Assembly (NCBI GenBank): GCA_963816145.1
Contig: CAWFJP010000014.1
Coordinates: forward strand, 256,001-320,000
Direction: 5' to 3'
From: an uncultured delta proteobacterium
GTDB lineage: Bacteria; Desulfobacterota; Binatia; UBA9968
Length of the DNA stretch: 64,000 nucleotides
Position numbers and translations under genes: made by a program. Each line of letters opens with the position of its first letter. The first letter of the stretch is position 1. This document shows, piece after piece, positions 26,448-36,428 of the stretch. The notes under the pieces were generated by a model. The model worked only from the letters and a program-made list of their open reading frames with translations, had not been told where the DNA came from and did no database searches.

Positions 26448-28733
26448 TTGAAGAAGTTTCAGCTTCGAATCTTCAGTGTCAGCCTCATCGTTCTTTTGAT
26501 CATTACCTCAACCGGTCTGGTCGCGGGGGCGTGGTTTCTCAAAGATTGGGAAGATAAGGTCACCAAGAAATTCGAAGGGCGCAAATGGGATTTCGCGTCG
26601 AAGATCTATTCGGATAGTTATCATCTGTACGTTGGCGTCAATCTGCGTCTCGATGATCTCACCGATAAGCTGCGCCGGCTGGGTTACTATGAAACTTCGG
26701 TGGCGCCGAAGACTCAAGGCGCCTACCAGATCAATGGCGCCGAAGGTTCCGTCGACATTTTTCTCCATGACTTCGACTTTCCCACGGAAAACGTTAAAGG
26801 CTATCCGGTGCGGATTTCGCTCCAGGGCAACACTGTCATGCGGATTGAAAACCTCGCGACCAAGACCGAGAAATTTGATCTCGAGCTCGAACCGGAAGTG
26901 GTTACCGGCTTGTATCAGCGGATTTGGCAAGAACGGCGCGTGGTGAAGTTGGCCGAAGTTCCGCCGCTGCTCATCAAGTCAATTCTCGCCATCGAAGATG
27001 AGCGTTTTTTTAGCCATGTGGGCGTCGATCCCATCGGCATCATGCGGGCGATGTTGGTCAATCTGCGCCATTTGAGCCTGCAACAGGGCGGCAGTACGTT
27101 GACGCAGCAGTTGATGAAAAATTTTCTGCTCAGCGACGAGCGCACGCTGAGCCGGAAGTTTCCCGAAGCGGTGATGGCGCTGATCGCCGAGCGCAAGTAC
27201 TCCAAGGAAGTGATCCTGGAGAATTACCTCAATGAGATTTATTTGGGCCAGCGCGGCTCCCAAGGCATATCCGGGGTGTGGGAAGCCGCGCAATTTTATT
27301 TCTCCAAGCCGTTGTCGGAACTCACCGTCGGCCAAACCGCCCTGCTTGCCGGTCTGATTCGCGCGCCCAATCGGCTGTCGCCTTATCGCAATGCCGAGGC
27401 GGCAACCAAGCGGCGCAATGTCGTCTTGGCGAAACTGCTCGACGATAGGATCATCACCCAGAAACAATACGATGCCGCGCTCAATGAGCAACTGCCGCAA
27501 CGCGCCCTGGTGAAGGTCACCAATGAGGCGCCGTTCTACGTCGATTATTTGCGACGGGAGCTGGACCAGAATTATCCAAAAGAGGTCTTGGAAACCGACG
27601 GGCTACGGATTTTTACCGCCCTCGATCTGCGCATCCAAAAGATTGCTGAAAGGGCATTGACCGAAGGTTTGGCTAAGCTCGAAGCGTTGCATCCGGCGCT
27701 GAAAAAGAAAAGCGCCGAAGAGGGTTTGGAAGGGGCGATCGTGGTGATTAGGCCGCAGACCGGCGAAATCAAAGCGATGGTCGGCGGGCGCAATTATCAG
27801 AAATCGCAGTTCAACCGTATTTTCCAAGCCAAGCGCCAAGCGGGATCGGTGTTCAAACCGTTCGTTTTCCTCGCCGCCTTCATGCATGGCGGCCAAAGCG
27901 GCACGCAGTATTTCCCCGACACCGTGGTGAATGATAGCCAGTTTACCTGGACCTACGATCGCGGACAGTCCTGGCAGCCTAATAATTACAATAACGATTA
28001 TTATGGCGCCGTCACCGTGCGCCGGGCGTTGGAGAGCTCGCTCAATTCCGCCACAGCGCGGGTGGCTCAAGATGTCGGCATCCGGCGCGTGCGCGATGTG
28101 GCGCGCCGATTGGGCATCGAGAGTTCGTTGCCAGCAGTGCCGTCGTTGTCGTTGGGCTCGGCGGAAGTCACGCCCCTCGAGGTTGCCGTGGCGTTTTCCA
28201 CTTTAGCCAATGGCGGCGTGCGCGCGCGATCGGTGGCGGTCAAACATGTCATGGACCAGAACACCAAAGTTCTCGAGAAGCGCGACGTCAAACTGGAACA
28301 GGTGATTAGCCCGACCTTGGCCTACACGATGAATCAACTGCTGAAGGGTGTGATGGACCGCGGCACCGGCGCGTCGGCGCGCCGCTGGGGCTTCACCCGC
28401 CCGGCGGCAGGAAAAACCGGCACGACTAATGACTACAAAGACGCTTGGTTCGTCGGCTATACGCCGGAACTGCTCGCGGTGGTCTGGGTCGGTTACGACG
28501 GACCGGCGAAGATCGGTCTATCCGGCGCCGAGGCGGCGCTGCCAATTTGGACTGAGTTCATGAAAGCCGCGACTGCGAATATGCCTGTGACCGATTTCAC
28601 GCCGCCGCCTGTGCCGGAAAGTGAAACACCGGAGGCGGCGCCGGCGGAAAAATGCGGCTCTGCCACGCGCGAAGGTGAACCGCCGGGCGAGCCCTGTCCG
28701 CCGACGCCGGCCAAACCCGCGGAACCGGTTTAG
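26448..28733 (+). CDS. mrcB: Class A penicillin-binding protein (PBP1b-like)
   Basis: EDERF, GGSTLTQQL, SVFK, SLN, KTG; UB2H-like region LRRLGY. Confidence 0.88.
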   Translation: MKKFQLRIFSVSLIVLLIITSTGLVAGAWFLKDWEDKVTKKFEGRKWDFASKIYSDSYHLYVGVNLRLDDLTDKLRRLGYYETSVAPKTQGAYQINGAEGSVDIFLHDFDFPTENVKGYPVRISLQGNTVMRIENLATKTEKFDLELEPEVVTGLYQRIWQERRVVKLAEVPPLLIKSILAIEDERFFSHVGVDPIGIMRAMLVNLRHLSLQQGGSTLTQQLMKNFLLSDERTLSRKFPEAVMALIAERKYSKEVILENYLNEIYLGQRGSQGISGVWEAAQFYFSKPLSELTVGQTALLAGLIRAPNRLSPYRNAEAATKRRNVVLAKLLDDRIITQKQYDAALNEQLPQRALVKVTNEAPFYVDYLRRELDQNYPKEVLETDGLRIFTALDLRIQKIAERALTEGLAKLEALHPALKKKSAEEGLEGAIVVIRPQTGEIKAMVGGRNYQKSQFNRIFQAKRQAGSVFKPFVFLAAFMHGGQSGTQYFPDTVVNDSQFTWTYDRGQSWQPNNYNNDYYGAVTVRRALESSLNSATARVAQDVGIRRVRDVARRLGIESSLPAVPSLSLGSAEVTPLEVAVAFSTLANGGVRARSVAVKHVMDQNTKVLEKRDVKLEQVISPTLAYTMNQLLKGVMDRGTGASARRWGFTRPAAGKTGTTNDYKDAWFVGYTPELLAVVWVGYDGPAKIGLSGAEAALPIWTEFMKAATANMPVTDFTPPPVPESETPEAAPAEKCGSATREGEPPGEPCPPTPAKPAEPV

Positions 28734-28742
28734 TTTTCTAAT

Positions 28743-29525
28743 ATGCGTATTCCCATGCAGCGCCTTAGTAAGTTTCCCGGATGCGCCATGGTCATTGCGG
28801 TGATGTGGAGTTGCGCACCGCAACGGCCTTATCGAGCGCCGATACCGCCGAATAGCGCGCCGGCACCGAGCGCCCGGGTTACCCAACCACCGCCGGTGCC
28901 AACGCCGGCGCCGCCGGTTGAAACACCGCCTAAGCCGCTGCCGCCGGAGAGCAAGATTCGCGAGCAAGACATCCGCGCTACGCCCGCGCCGGTGCCGAAG
29001 GATGTAAAAGAACCGGCGAAGCACGCGAGCATCAGTGAGCCACGCAGTTCGAACGAGGCGGCGACCGCGCCCACCACGCCGCCGCTCGCCGACGATAGCT
29101 CGTTACTGGCGAAGATTACTCCAGGGATATCGCCGCAGCGCGCCGCATCTTTGCGGCTCACCGAGGAGGGGCGCAAGCTGCTCGATGCCGGGGATCCGGC
29201 CAAGGCGCTGACCCGTCTCGAGCGCACCATCGTGATCGATTCGACGAATGGTTACGGCTATTTTTATATAGCCAAAGCGCAGCACCGGTTGGGCCACTAT
29301 CAAGAGTCGCTCAATTTTCTCGAAGTGGCGCAGTCGCGCCTCGGCGGCGAGCCATTTTGGATGTCGGAGTTGTACGCGCTGCGTGGCGAGAATTACCGCG
29401 CTCTCGGACAGACCCAGAAAGCCGAAACCAGCTTCCATCAATCTTTGCGTCTCAATTCCGGCAACCGAACTGCCAGCGATGCGCTTGCCCGCATGTCCGG
29501 TGATACCCCCGCCGCGTCGAAATAG
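28743..29525 (+). CDS. Pro-rich TPR (lipo)protein
   Basis: Lipobox-like MWSC, proline-rich linker, C-terminal TPR helices. Confidence 0.75.
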   Translation: MRIPMQRLSKFPGCAMVIAVMWSCAPQRPYRAPIPPNSAPAPSARVTQPPPVPTPAPPVETPPKPLPPESKIREQDIRATPAPVPKDVKEPAKHASISEPRSSNEAATAPTTPPLADDSSLLAKITPGISPQRAASLRLTEEGRKLLDAGDPAKALTRLERTIVIDSTNGYGYFYIAKAQHRLGHYQESLNFLEVAQSRLGGEPFWMSELYALRGENYRALGQTQKAETSFHQSLRLNSGNRTASDALARMSGDTPAASK

Positions 29526-29537
29526 ATTGCGCTCTCC

Positions 29538-30536
29538 ATGTTGGTTCTAGGAGTTGAAACTTCTTGCGACGACACCGCCGCCGCGCTGCTTCAAGACGGT
29601 AAGAAAATTCTTGCCAATGTGGTCTCGTCGCAGGACAGCGTGCATGGTCCTTACGGCGGCGTGGTGCCGGAGCTGGCGTCGCGCCAGCATATTCAGAACA
29701 TCCTGCCGATCGTCGACGGCGCCTTGAAAAGCGCCGGCGCGACCCTGGCTGATGTCGACGGATTTGCGGTGACCTACGGCCCCGGCCTGGTCGGCTCTTT
29801 GCTGGTCGGCATCTCGCTGATCAAAGGTATGTCGTTTCGCACCGGCATTCCATTCGTCGGTGTCAACCATCTCGAAGCGCATCTCTTGGCGATCCACCTC
29901 GAGCATGACGTGCCGTTTCCATACATCGCGTTGCTCGCTTCCGGTGGCCACACGCTCCTCTATCATGTCAAAGGTGTGGGCGAGTATGTCTATCTTGGTG
30001 GGACGCGTGACGATGCCGCCGGCGAGGCCTTCGATAAGGTGGCTAAAATGATGGGGCTAGGCTACCCCGGCGGCCGGATCATCGATAACCTGGCGAAAGC
30101 CGGCAACCCCAAGGCGGTCCGTTTCCCACGGGCAAGGTTTAAGAATAGTCCCTATGAGTTTAGTTTCAGCGGTATCAAGACCGCTGCTTGGCATTATCTT
30201 AAAGGGCAAGGAAAAGCGCAGTGGCAACCGCGCCAGGCGGATATCGCCGCGAGTTTTCAGGAAGCGGTTGTCGACATGCTGGTCAATCCGACTGTCCGAG
30301 CCGCGGCGGCCCATGGAGTCCCCCGTATCGTTCTCTCCGGCGGCGTTGCCGCCAATAGCCGGCTGCGCGGTAAAATGACCGAAAAGGCCGGCAGCGAAGG
30401 GGTGCAAGTCTTTTGTCCGGCACCCAAGTTTTGCACCGATAATGGGGCCATGATTGCGCTGGCTGGCTATCACTGGCTCGAGCGCGGCCGCCACGACGGT
30501 TACGATCTTAATGCCGACGCCGATCTAACGCTCTAA
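29538..30536 (+). CDS. tsaD: tRNA N6-threonylcarbamoyladenosine biosynthesis protein TsaD
   Basis: ETSCDDT, VVPELASR, HLEAH, DDAAGEAFDK, CTDNGAMI. Confidence 0.96.
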   Translation: MLVLGVETSCDDTAAALLQDGKKILANVVSSQDSVHGPYGGVVPELASRQHIQNILPIVDGALKSAGATLADVDGFAVTYGPGLVGSLLVGISLIKGMSFRTGIPFVGVNHLEAHLLAIHLEHDVPFPYIALLASGGHTLLYHVKGVGEYVYLGGTRDDAAGEAFDKVAKMMGLGYPGGRIIDNLAKAGNPKAVRFPRARFKNSPYEFSFSGIKTAAWHYLKGQGKAQWQPRQADIAASFQEAVVDMLVNPTVRAAAAHGVPRIVLSGGVAANSRLRGKMTEKAGSEGVQVFCPAPKFCTDNGAMIALAGYHWLERGRHDGYDLNADADLTL

Positions 30537-30573
30537 CCGCATATTTCGATTTGAGTTGCGAAGGTTGCCGAGG

Positions 30574-31437
30574 ATGCCGACCCTCTATGAAGAAGTGCGC
30601 GCCCTGCTGCGCGATACCGAGTTTCGCCCGCGCAAGAGCCGCGGCCAGAACTTTTTGATCCACGAGCCTGTCGTCGAGGCGGTCCTGCGTTTGCTCGATT
30701 TGCAGCCGAGCGACGCAGTCGTCGAGATCGGCCCAGGGCTCGGTTTTCTCACGCGGCGGCTGGTCGACCGGGCACAGGCGGTGTGGGCGGTGGAGGTCGA
30801 CGAGCTCTTGACAGATCGGCTGCGCGCGAGCGAACTCGGTGCAATCTCCAAGTTCCATCTGATTTACGGTGACATTCTTAACGTCGCATTGCCTGAGCTG
30901 CTGCCGGAGGGCAAGTTGAAACTCGCCGGCAATCTGCCTTACAACATTTCCACCGAGGTGTTGTTTCGGATTTTCGATTGGCGCGAGCATTTCAGTACGC
31001 TGGTGCTGATGGTGCAAAAAGAAGTCGCCGACCGCATCGCCAGCGGCCCGGGTGCGAAGTCCTACGGCACACTGTCAGTGTGGTGCCAAGTGCATGGCCG
31101 CATCGGCGAGAAAATCAACGTCTCGCCGGAGGCTTTCTACCCGCGACCCAAGGTGCGCTCGACGGTTGTCAAGATTGAGCTGTTGCCGGAGGCGCGTGTG
31201 AGCGATGAGAATCTCCCGGTGCTAAAAGGGCTGGTGCGCGCCGCCTTCGGCCAGCGGCGCAAGACTCTGAGCAACGCCGTGGGATCTTGGCTGATGCGCC
31301 AGCGCGACGAAGTCGACGGGCTACTGGCGGCTCACGATGTCGATCCCAAACGGCGCGGTGAAACCCTCAGCGTCGAAGAATTTATCAAACTAGCGCAAGC
31401 TATCCGAGTGAGCGGTCTGTTGCCCGCGAGTGTTTGA
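30574..31437 (+). CDS. rsmA: 16S rRNA dimethyladenosine transferase
   Basis: GQNFL, EIGPGLG, NLPYNI, QKEVA, QRRKTL. Confidence 0.95.
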   Translation: MPTLYEEVRALLRDTEFRPRKSRGQNFLIHEPVVEAVLRLLDLQPSDAVVEIGPGLGFLTRRLVDRAQAVWAVEVDELLTDRLRASELGAISKFHLIYGDILNVALPELLPEGKLKLAGNLPYNISTEVLFRIFDWREHFSTLVLMVQKEVADRIASGPGAKSYGTLSVWCQVHGRIGEKINVSPEAFYPRPKVRSTVVKIELLPEARVSDENLPVLKGLVRAAFGQRRKTLSNAVGSWLMRQRDEVDGLLAAHDVDPKRRGETLSVEEFIKLAQAIRVSGLLPASV

Positions 31438-31496
31438 GGTTTGTCTGTTATTAGTATCAATTGAAGTTGCTCGGGTTTAACCATATTTTCGGAATA

Positions 31497-31566
31497 TCTC
31501 CCGCAAAGGCGCAATGTTCGGAAAACAATTGTCCGAAAGCTTCGTGTCCTTCGTGCCTGGTGGTGA
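31497..31566. repeat. Hybrid palindromic repeat
   Basis: Left arm like 354 (ctcccgcaaaggcgca..gttcgga), right arm like 2739 (tccgaa..cttcgtgtccttcgtg..ggtg). Confidence 0.65.
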
Positions 31567-31623
31567 AAATCATCCTAGCAATAACCCGGCAAGAAGCGCA
31601 CTGAATACTGACGATCATCACCC

Positions 31624-32445
31624 ATGCCCGAACTTCCCGAAGTCGAAACCGTCTGCCGCAGTCTGCGGCCCCATCTGCTCGGACGAACCATCGAGCGCAT
31701 CGACGTGCGCGAGCGGCGCCTGCGTGTGCTGGTGGATAGAGCGCGAGTCCATCAGTTGGCCGGCAAGCGGATCGAGTCAGTTGATAGACTCGCCAAATAT
31801 ATTTTGCTGCGCTTCTCGGACGCGTCCGTGTGGCTGTTTCATCTGGGCATGTCCGGCAAACTCATATGTACCGGCGCGACCACGCCGCGCCAGAAGCACG
31901 ATCATATCGTCGTCGATTTAGACGACGGCCGCCAGCTGCGTTATCATGATCCGCGCCGATTTGGGCTTGCCATCGTGACCCATGCCGATGAGCTCAGTGA
32001 CCTGCCCCAGCTGCGCCATCTCGGCGTCGACCCATTCGCCGAGACTCTGACCGGCGAGTATCTGTTCAGTTTCACCCGCGCCTCGGCGCGGCGCATTCGC
32101 GACCTCTTGCTCGATCAGCAAATCGTGGCCGGTCTCGGCAATATCTACGCCAATGAAGTGCTGGCGAGGGTGCGGCTCAAGCCGACGACCCGGGCCTGGC
32201 GGCTGACGCGCAAGCAAGTGGGCATGCTCGCCGTGGCGATTCCCGAATTGCTCCACGATGCGATCCAATGGTGTGGCACGTCGTTTTCAGACTATCGCGA
32301 CGCCGACGACAAGTCGGGCGAGTTTCAAAATCATCTGCGCGTCTACGACCGCGACGGCGAACCCTGCCGCGTCTGCCCGAGCACCGTTAAGCGGGTCGCC
32401 ATCGGCAATCGCAGCGCGTTTTATTGTCCGACATGTCAGAAATAA
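31624..32445 (+). CDS. mutM: Formamidopyrimidine-DNA glycosylase
   Basis: MPELPEVE, HLGMSG, GLGNIYA, C-terminal zinc finger. Confidence 0.96.
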   Translation: MPELPEVETVCRSLRPHLLGRTIERIDVRERRLRVLVDRARVHQLAGKRIESVDRLAKYILLRFSDASVWLFHLGMSGKLICTGATTPRQKHDHIVVDLDDGRQLRYHDPRRFGLAIVTHADELSDLPQLRHLGVDPFAETLTGEYLFSFTRASARRIRDLLLDQQIVAGLGNIYANEVLARVRLKPTTRAWRLTRKQVGMLAVAIPELLHDAIQWCGTSFSDYRDADDKSGEFQNHLRVYDRDGEPCRVCPSTVKRVAIGNRSAFYCPTCQK

Positions 32446-32452
32446 GCGAAGA

Positions 32453-32497
32453 GGTTCCAATCGTTCAAAACGTTCAAGCCGTTCAAAACGTTTCGAA
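32453..32497. repeat. Short tandem repeat (cgttcaa core, ~9-10-bp unit)
   Basis: gttccaatcgttcaaaacgttcaagccgttcaaaacgtt. Confidence 0.65.
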
Positions 32498-32524
32498 TGA
32501 TGATTCACAATAACGACAGATTTC

Positions 32525-33742
32525 ATGCTGCTCTCACCGTTACGACATCGCAACTTTCGTTTGTTTTGGATCGGCCTGTTGCTCTCCAGCGTCGGCAGCC
32601 AGTTCACCACCGTGGCGATGGCGTGGCAGATCTATGAGCTAACCAACTCGCCGCTGCAAATCGGCTTGATCGGCCTGGTGCGCGCGGTGCCGCAGGTGGC
32701 GATGCTTTTGTTCGGCGGCTTGCTCGCCGACGCCATGGACCGGCGCAGGCTGATGATGGCGACGCAATCTAGCCTGTTTCTGGTTTCCGGAACTCTCGCC
32801 TTTCTCACCAAGACCGGGAATGTTACCCCGCTGACGCTCTACGGGGTTACCGTGTTTCTGGCGTTATTTACTTCGCTTGAGGCGCCGTCGCGCCATGCCA
32901 TCGTTACCAACCTGGTGCCCGCCGAAGACTTGGCGCGGGCGACGGCAATCTCCAGCACGCAACGCCAGGTCGCCACCATCGCCGGCCCATCGATCGCCGG
33001 GGTGGTCTTGGCCGTCGCCGGCCCGGCAGTCTGCTACGCCATCGATGCGATTTCCTGGATCATCATGCTCAGCGTGCTGCTGCTGATTCGCGCCGAGCTG
33101 CCGCAACGCGGCGGCTGGCGCACGGTCTCGCTGAGCGCTCTTGGCATGGGTTTGCGTTTCGTCTGGGGGCACGCTGTGATTTTCCCGTTCTTGATGATGG
33201 ATCTAGGCGCCAATATTTTCGGCACGGTGCGCGCGCTCTATCCGATCTACGCCCGCGATATTCTCGCCGTCGGTCCGCAAGGCTTGGGCATGCTCTACGC
33301 AGCCAGTGCCGCTGGCGCTCTCAGTGGCGCGATCGGGTTGAGTTTATTCGGCCAAATCAAGCACGCCGGGCGCTGGATTCTCTTCGGCGTGACGGTCTAC
33401 GGAGTGTGTCTTCTCGGGTTCGCTTATTCAAAATGGTTCTGGTTGTCGATTCTGTTTCTGGCAGGCTCAGGCATCGGCGACGCCGTCAGCGCGATCTTGC
33501 GCGCGACGATCAACCAGTTGAGCACGCCCGATGAACTACGCGGCCGCATGTCGTCGATCAACAGCATCTTCACCAACACCGGCCCGCAGTTGGGCCAATT
33601 CCAAGCCGGCGCCCTGGCGGCCGTCATCGGTGCCGAAATGGCGGCGGGAGCGGGCGCGATCATTATTCTGGTGATTGTCGCAGTGCTCGTCGTCGGCTTT
33701 CGGCATGTGCGCGATTATCGAATCGTGCGGGGAGATGGGTAG
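32525..33742 (+). CDS. MFS transporter (EntS/DHA3-like)
   Basis: LRHRNFR, GLLADAMDRRR, PDELRGR; multiple TM segments. Confidence 0.9.
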   Translation: MLLSPLRHRNFRLFWIGLLLSSVGSQFTTVAMAWQIYELTNSPLQIGLIGLVRAVPQVAMLLFGGLLADAMDRRRLMMATQSSLFLVSGTLAFLTKTGNVTPLTLYGVTVFLALFTSLEAPSRHAIVTNLVPAEDLARATAISSTQRQVATIAGPSIAGVVLAVAGPAVCYAIDAISWIIMLSVLLLIRAELPQRGGWRTVSLSALGMGLRFVWGHAVIFPFLMMDLGANIFGTVRALYPIYARDILAVGPQGLGMLYAASAAGALSGAIGLSLFGQIKHAGRWILFGVTVYGVCLLGFAYSKWFWLSILFLAGSGIGDAVSAILRATINQLSTPDELRGRMSSINSIFTNTGPQLGQFQAGALAAVIGAEMAAGAGAIIILVIVAVLVVGFRHVRDYRIVRGDG

Positions 33743-33999
33743 TAGCGTGCATTGCGAGGTTCAACGAGTATTGCAGGATGTGGTGCGAACGAGCGAAAAT
33801 ATTACTGCTATCCGTGGCGGAATGGTTAGCCTTGTATTGCGTTTACTGGTTTACGTCGAGTTGCAGAACGATCCGCGCTTTAATGAGCGGAAGGTCGGAA
33901 TGCGATCATGAATCTTTTGTCGGCGAATGACCTCGCGGTTTACATAAGAATCAAGCTGATCCCTGTGAGGGATCGTGGCTAATGCCACGGATAGGCGGG

Positions 34000-34992
34000 C
34001 TAACCGCGGAAATGCGGAATCACGTTTTTTGCAAACACCTCAACGGTTTCGTTGTAAACGGTGCGCGCCGGGGTGAGCATCAAATGTTCAACGCCGGCGG
34101 CTTTTAGCTTTTCGATCCGCTCGATGCACTCCTGCGGGTTGCCGGCGATGGAGAAGCGATGAATTAGATAGTCGTTGACCAAGTCCGGGTCGACGCGCTC
34201 TTCCATCGGCTTCATAACATCAAAACCGGCCATGAACCTTTTGATGCCGTCTAATTCTTCCGCTGGCACGGTGTCGTAGCTAAAGCGAAAATTATGGTGG
34301 GCGCGGTTGGCTAACCGGTTGCGCACTATCTTGCGCGCTTTGTTGCCGTCGTCGTCGACGCACAGCATGCCGGCGGCGAGGACCTTGATTTCGCGTTCCT
34401 GTCGACCCGCTTCGGCGGCGCCTTCGCGGATTTTCTGTTGGGCCCAATCGTAGACGCGCAAGTCGAAGCCGGTGCCGAGGATCACGCCATCGGCGCTGCG
34501 GCCGGCGAGCTGCAATCCCTTGGGGCCTTCGGCGGACACGTAGATTGGCGCCGGCCGATTGATCTTAAAACCGATGCCGATTTTGCCGGTCGAAAAGGTT
34601 TCTGCGTTGCCGCGTACCAGATTTCGAATCGTCTTGATGCCGACTTCAAAGTCTTTCATCGGCGTGGCTTTCCGTCCTTGGCTATACACCGGGCCATCGC
34701 CGGTGCCGAGCCCAATGATGGCGCGGCCTTTGGAAATTTCGTTCAACGACGCGGCGGCGCCGGCGATAACCGTAGGATCGCGAAAGACAATATTGGTAAC
34801 CGCGATGCCGAGCAGCACGCACTTGGTGATCATCGCGATGCTCGCCAGGGTCTGAAACGAATCGATGGAGCTCAGATGGCTCTCCCCGAGAAAGATGCCG
34901 TCCCAACCGAGCGCTTCGGCGCGCACCGCGCGCTTGTGGATCTCGTCGATATTCTTAACGCCGCCGTGAAGGCTGTGAATGCTGAATTTCAT
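34000..34992 (-). CDS. LLM-class flavin-dependent oxidoreductase
   Basis: AEALGWD, GIAVTN..RDP, SKGRAIIGLGTG, AGRSADGV. Confidence 0.88.
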   Translation of the reverse strand: MKFSIHSLHGGVKNIDEIHKRAVRAEALGWDGIFLGESHLSSIDSFQTLASIAMITKCVLLGIAVTNIVFRDPTVIAGAAASLNEISKGRAIIGLGTGDGPVYSQGRKATPMKDFEVGIKTIRNLVRGNAETFSTGKIGIGFKINRPAPIYVSAEGPKGLQLAGRSADGVILGTGFDLRVYDWAQQKIREGAAEAGRQEREIKVLAAGMLCVDDDGNKARKIVRNRLANRAHHNFRFSYDTVPAEELDGIKRFMAGFDVMKPMEERVDPDLVNDYLIHRFSIAGNPQECIERIEKLKAAGVEHLMLTPARTVYNETVEVFAKNVIPHFRG

Positions 34993-35056
34993 GTCGGTCC
35001 CCTCGGAAAATTAACCACAATGAGCACAAAGGTCACAATCTTTGAAACGTTCGTCT

Positions 35057-35313
35057 CACCACGACGAATCTAGCGCGGCAGAGCCGCAACCAAAGAAGAA
35101 TAAAAGAGATTTCACCACAGAAACACAGAGTTCGCAGAGTTCGGAAGGTATTTTATTCAGAGACTCTTTACTCCGCGTCCTTCGCGTCTCTGCGGTGAGT
35201 CCTCCGGAACATTTGCGCAAGCCGCGAAAACTATCATGGATAGTAGTACGAAGATCACGAAGTTCGGAATTCAAATAGTCCGAAACCTTCGTGTCCTTCG
35301 TGCCTTCGTGGTG
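35057..35313. repeat. Nested composite of palindromic repeats
   Basis: cacgaag-type palindrome interrupted by a CTAG-hairpin element that contains a cgcagag-type palindrome. Confidence 0.75.
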
Positions 35314-35349
35314 AACAAAACCGGTTCAATAGTGGCGGCACGCTCGACA

Positions 35350-36165
35350 TTACGGATTAAATGCCACCAGGCCGCAGCCCGTCGCCCACGGCGCCACCGG
35401 TTCGTAGGCGATCACTTCTGCTTTCCAACGCTGCACCGCGCCGGCCAGGGCGATCCAGGTTCTGATCTCGTGGCCGCCGGAGCCGGCTTCGCTGTTGATT
35501 TCATCGTGGGTGTAGGCGGTCAATTGATGATGATCGCCGGTGATGAGATTGTCCAGGAACTTTTTGTCGAACGGTATATTGATCCGGCCATGCTGCGCTT
35601 CGCCGGGCCAGTGGGACAAGCCGCCGGTGGCGATGAGAGCGATGCGTTTTTCGCTGCGTTGTAACACCTGCCCAAGGAATTCGCCGAAGGCGAAGCAGCG
35701 CTTGGCTGTCGGCATCGGCGGAGTCAGCGTGTTGATGATCACCGGCACCACCGGCAGCGCCATGCCGGGATTCAAAAAATGCAGCGGTAGAAACGTCGCG
35801 TGGTCGAACAATAGTTCGTCGGAAAACATCGGGTCGAAGCCGCTGCCGAGGCAGGCGTCGATCAACTCCGTAGACAACTTAACATCGCCGCCTACCCGCG
35901 CCTTGGGGATGCGCAGCCATTCTTCGATGGGGCCGTCATAATATTCCGCACGGCCGATGCAAAAGGCTGGCATGCAATTCAAAAAGAAGTTGGCCCAGTG
36001 CTCGACGGTGAGGGCGACGATGGTATCCGGTTTCGTTGCGGCCAGCCGTTTGCCCAGCTCGCGGTAGCTGCCGAGAAATTTCTCGGATTGTTCCTTAGGC
36101 GCGGCTTCGGTCCAGGCGGTCATGCCAGGGGCATGGCTGGCGGCGCAGGCAAATACGATCGGCAT
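35350..36165 (-). CDS. Class III extradiol dioxygenase catalytic subunit (LigB-like)
   Basis: ASHAP, EH..NFF, DHA, GGLSHW, EIRTW. Confidence 0.9.
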   Translation of the reverse strand: MPIVFACAASHAPGMTAWTEAAPKEQSEKFLGSYRELGKRLAATKPDTIVALTVEHWANFFLNCMPAFCIGRAEYYDGPIEEWLRIPKARVGGDVKLSTELIDACLGSGFDPMFSDELLFDHATFLPLHFLNPGMALPVVPVIINTLTPPMPTAKRCFAFGEFLGQVLQRSEKRIALIATGGLSHWPGEAQHGRINIPFDKKFLDNLITGDHHQLTAYTHDEINSEAGSGGHEIRTWIALAGAVQRWKAEVIAYEPVAPWATGCGLVAFNP

Positions 36166-36168
36166 GGG

Positions 36169-36423
36169 TTAGACCAGTCCTTTCAGCACTTTGGCATAGT
36201 CTTCATTGGAGACCCTGTTGAGCAAGGTAAACGGCCGCAGCAAGAGCGAGTGAACGCCCATGGTATAAAGGGCGCGCACGTCGACATTGAGTATCGCCGC
36301 GCGTTCGTCTTCGGTCAGGTCGTACTTCTTGGTGAACGCGCCGGCGTCCTGGCGGTAATGTTCACGCCGCTCGGCATCGCGATTAACGTGATAGATCAGT
36401 TTTTGCAGTTGATAGAGGCTCAT
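36169..36423 (-). CDS. Extradiol dioxygenase small subunit (LigA-like)
   Basis: YDLTEDERAAI..DVRALYTMGVH; adjacent to LigB-like gene. Confidence 0.85.
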   Translation of the reverse strand: MSLYQLQKLIYHVNRDAERREHYRQDAGAFTKKYDLTEDERAAILNVDVRALYTMGVHSLLLRPFTLLNRVSNEDYAKVLKGLV

Positions 36424-36428
36424 GGCGG

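Noticed and set aside
2739-35313. Periodic repeats as a CRISPR array
   Set aside because: They are dispersed palindromes or short tandem units without unique spacers, and no cas genes are present.
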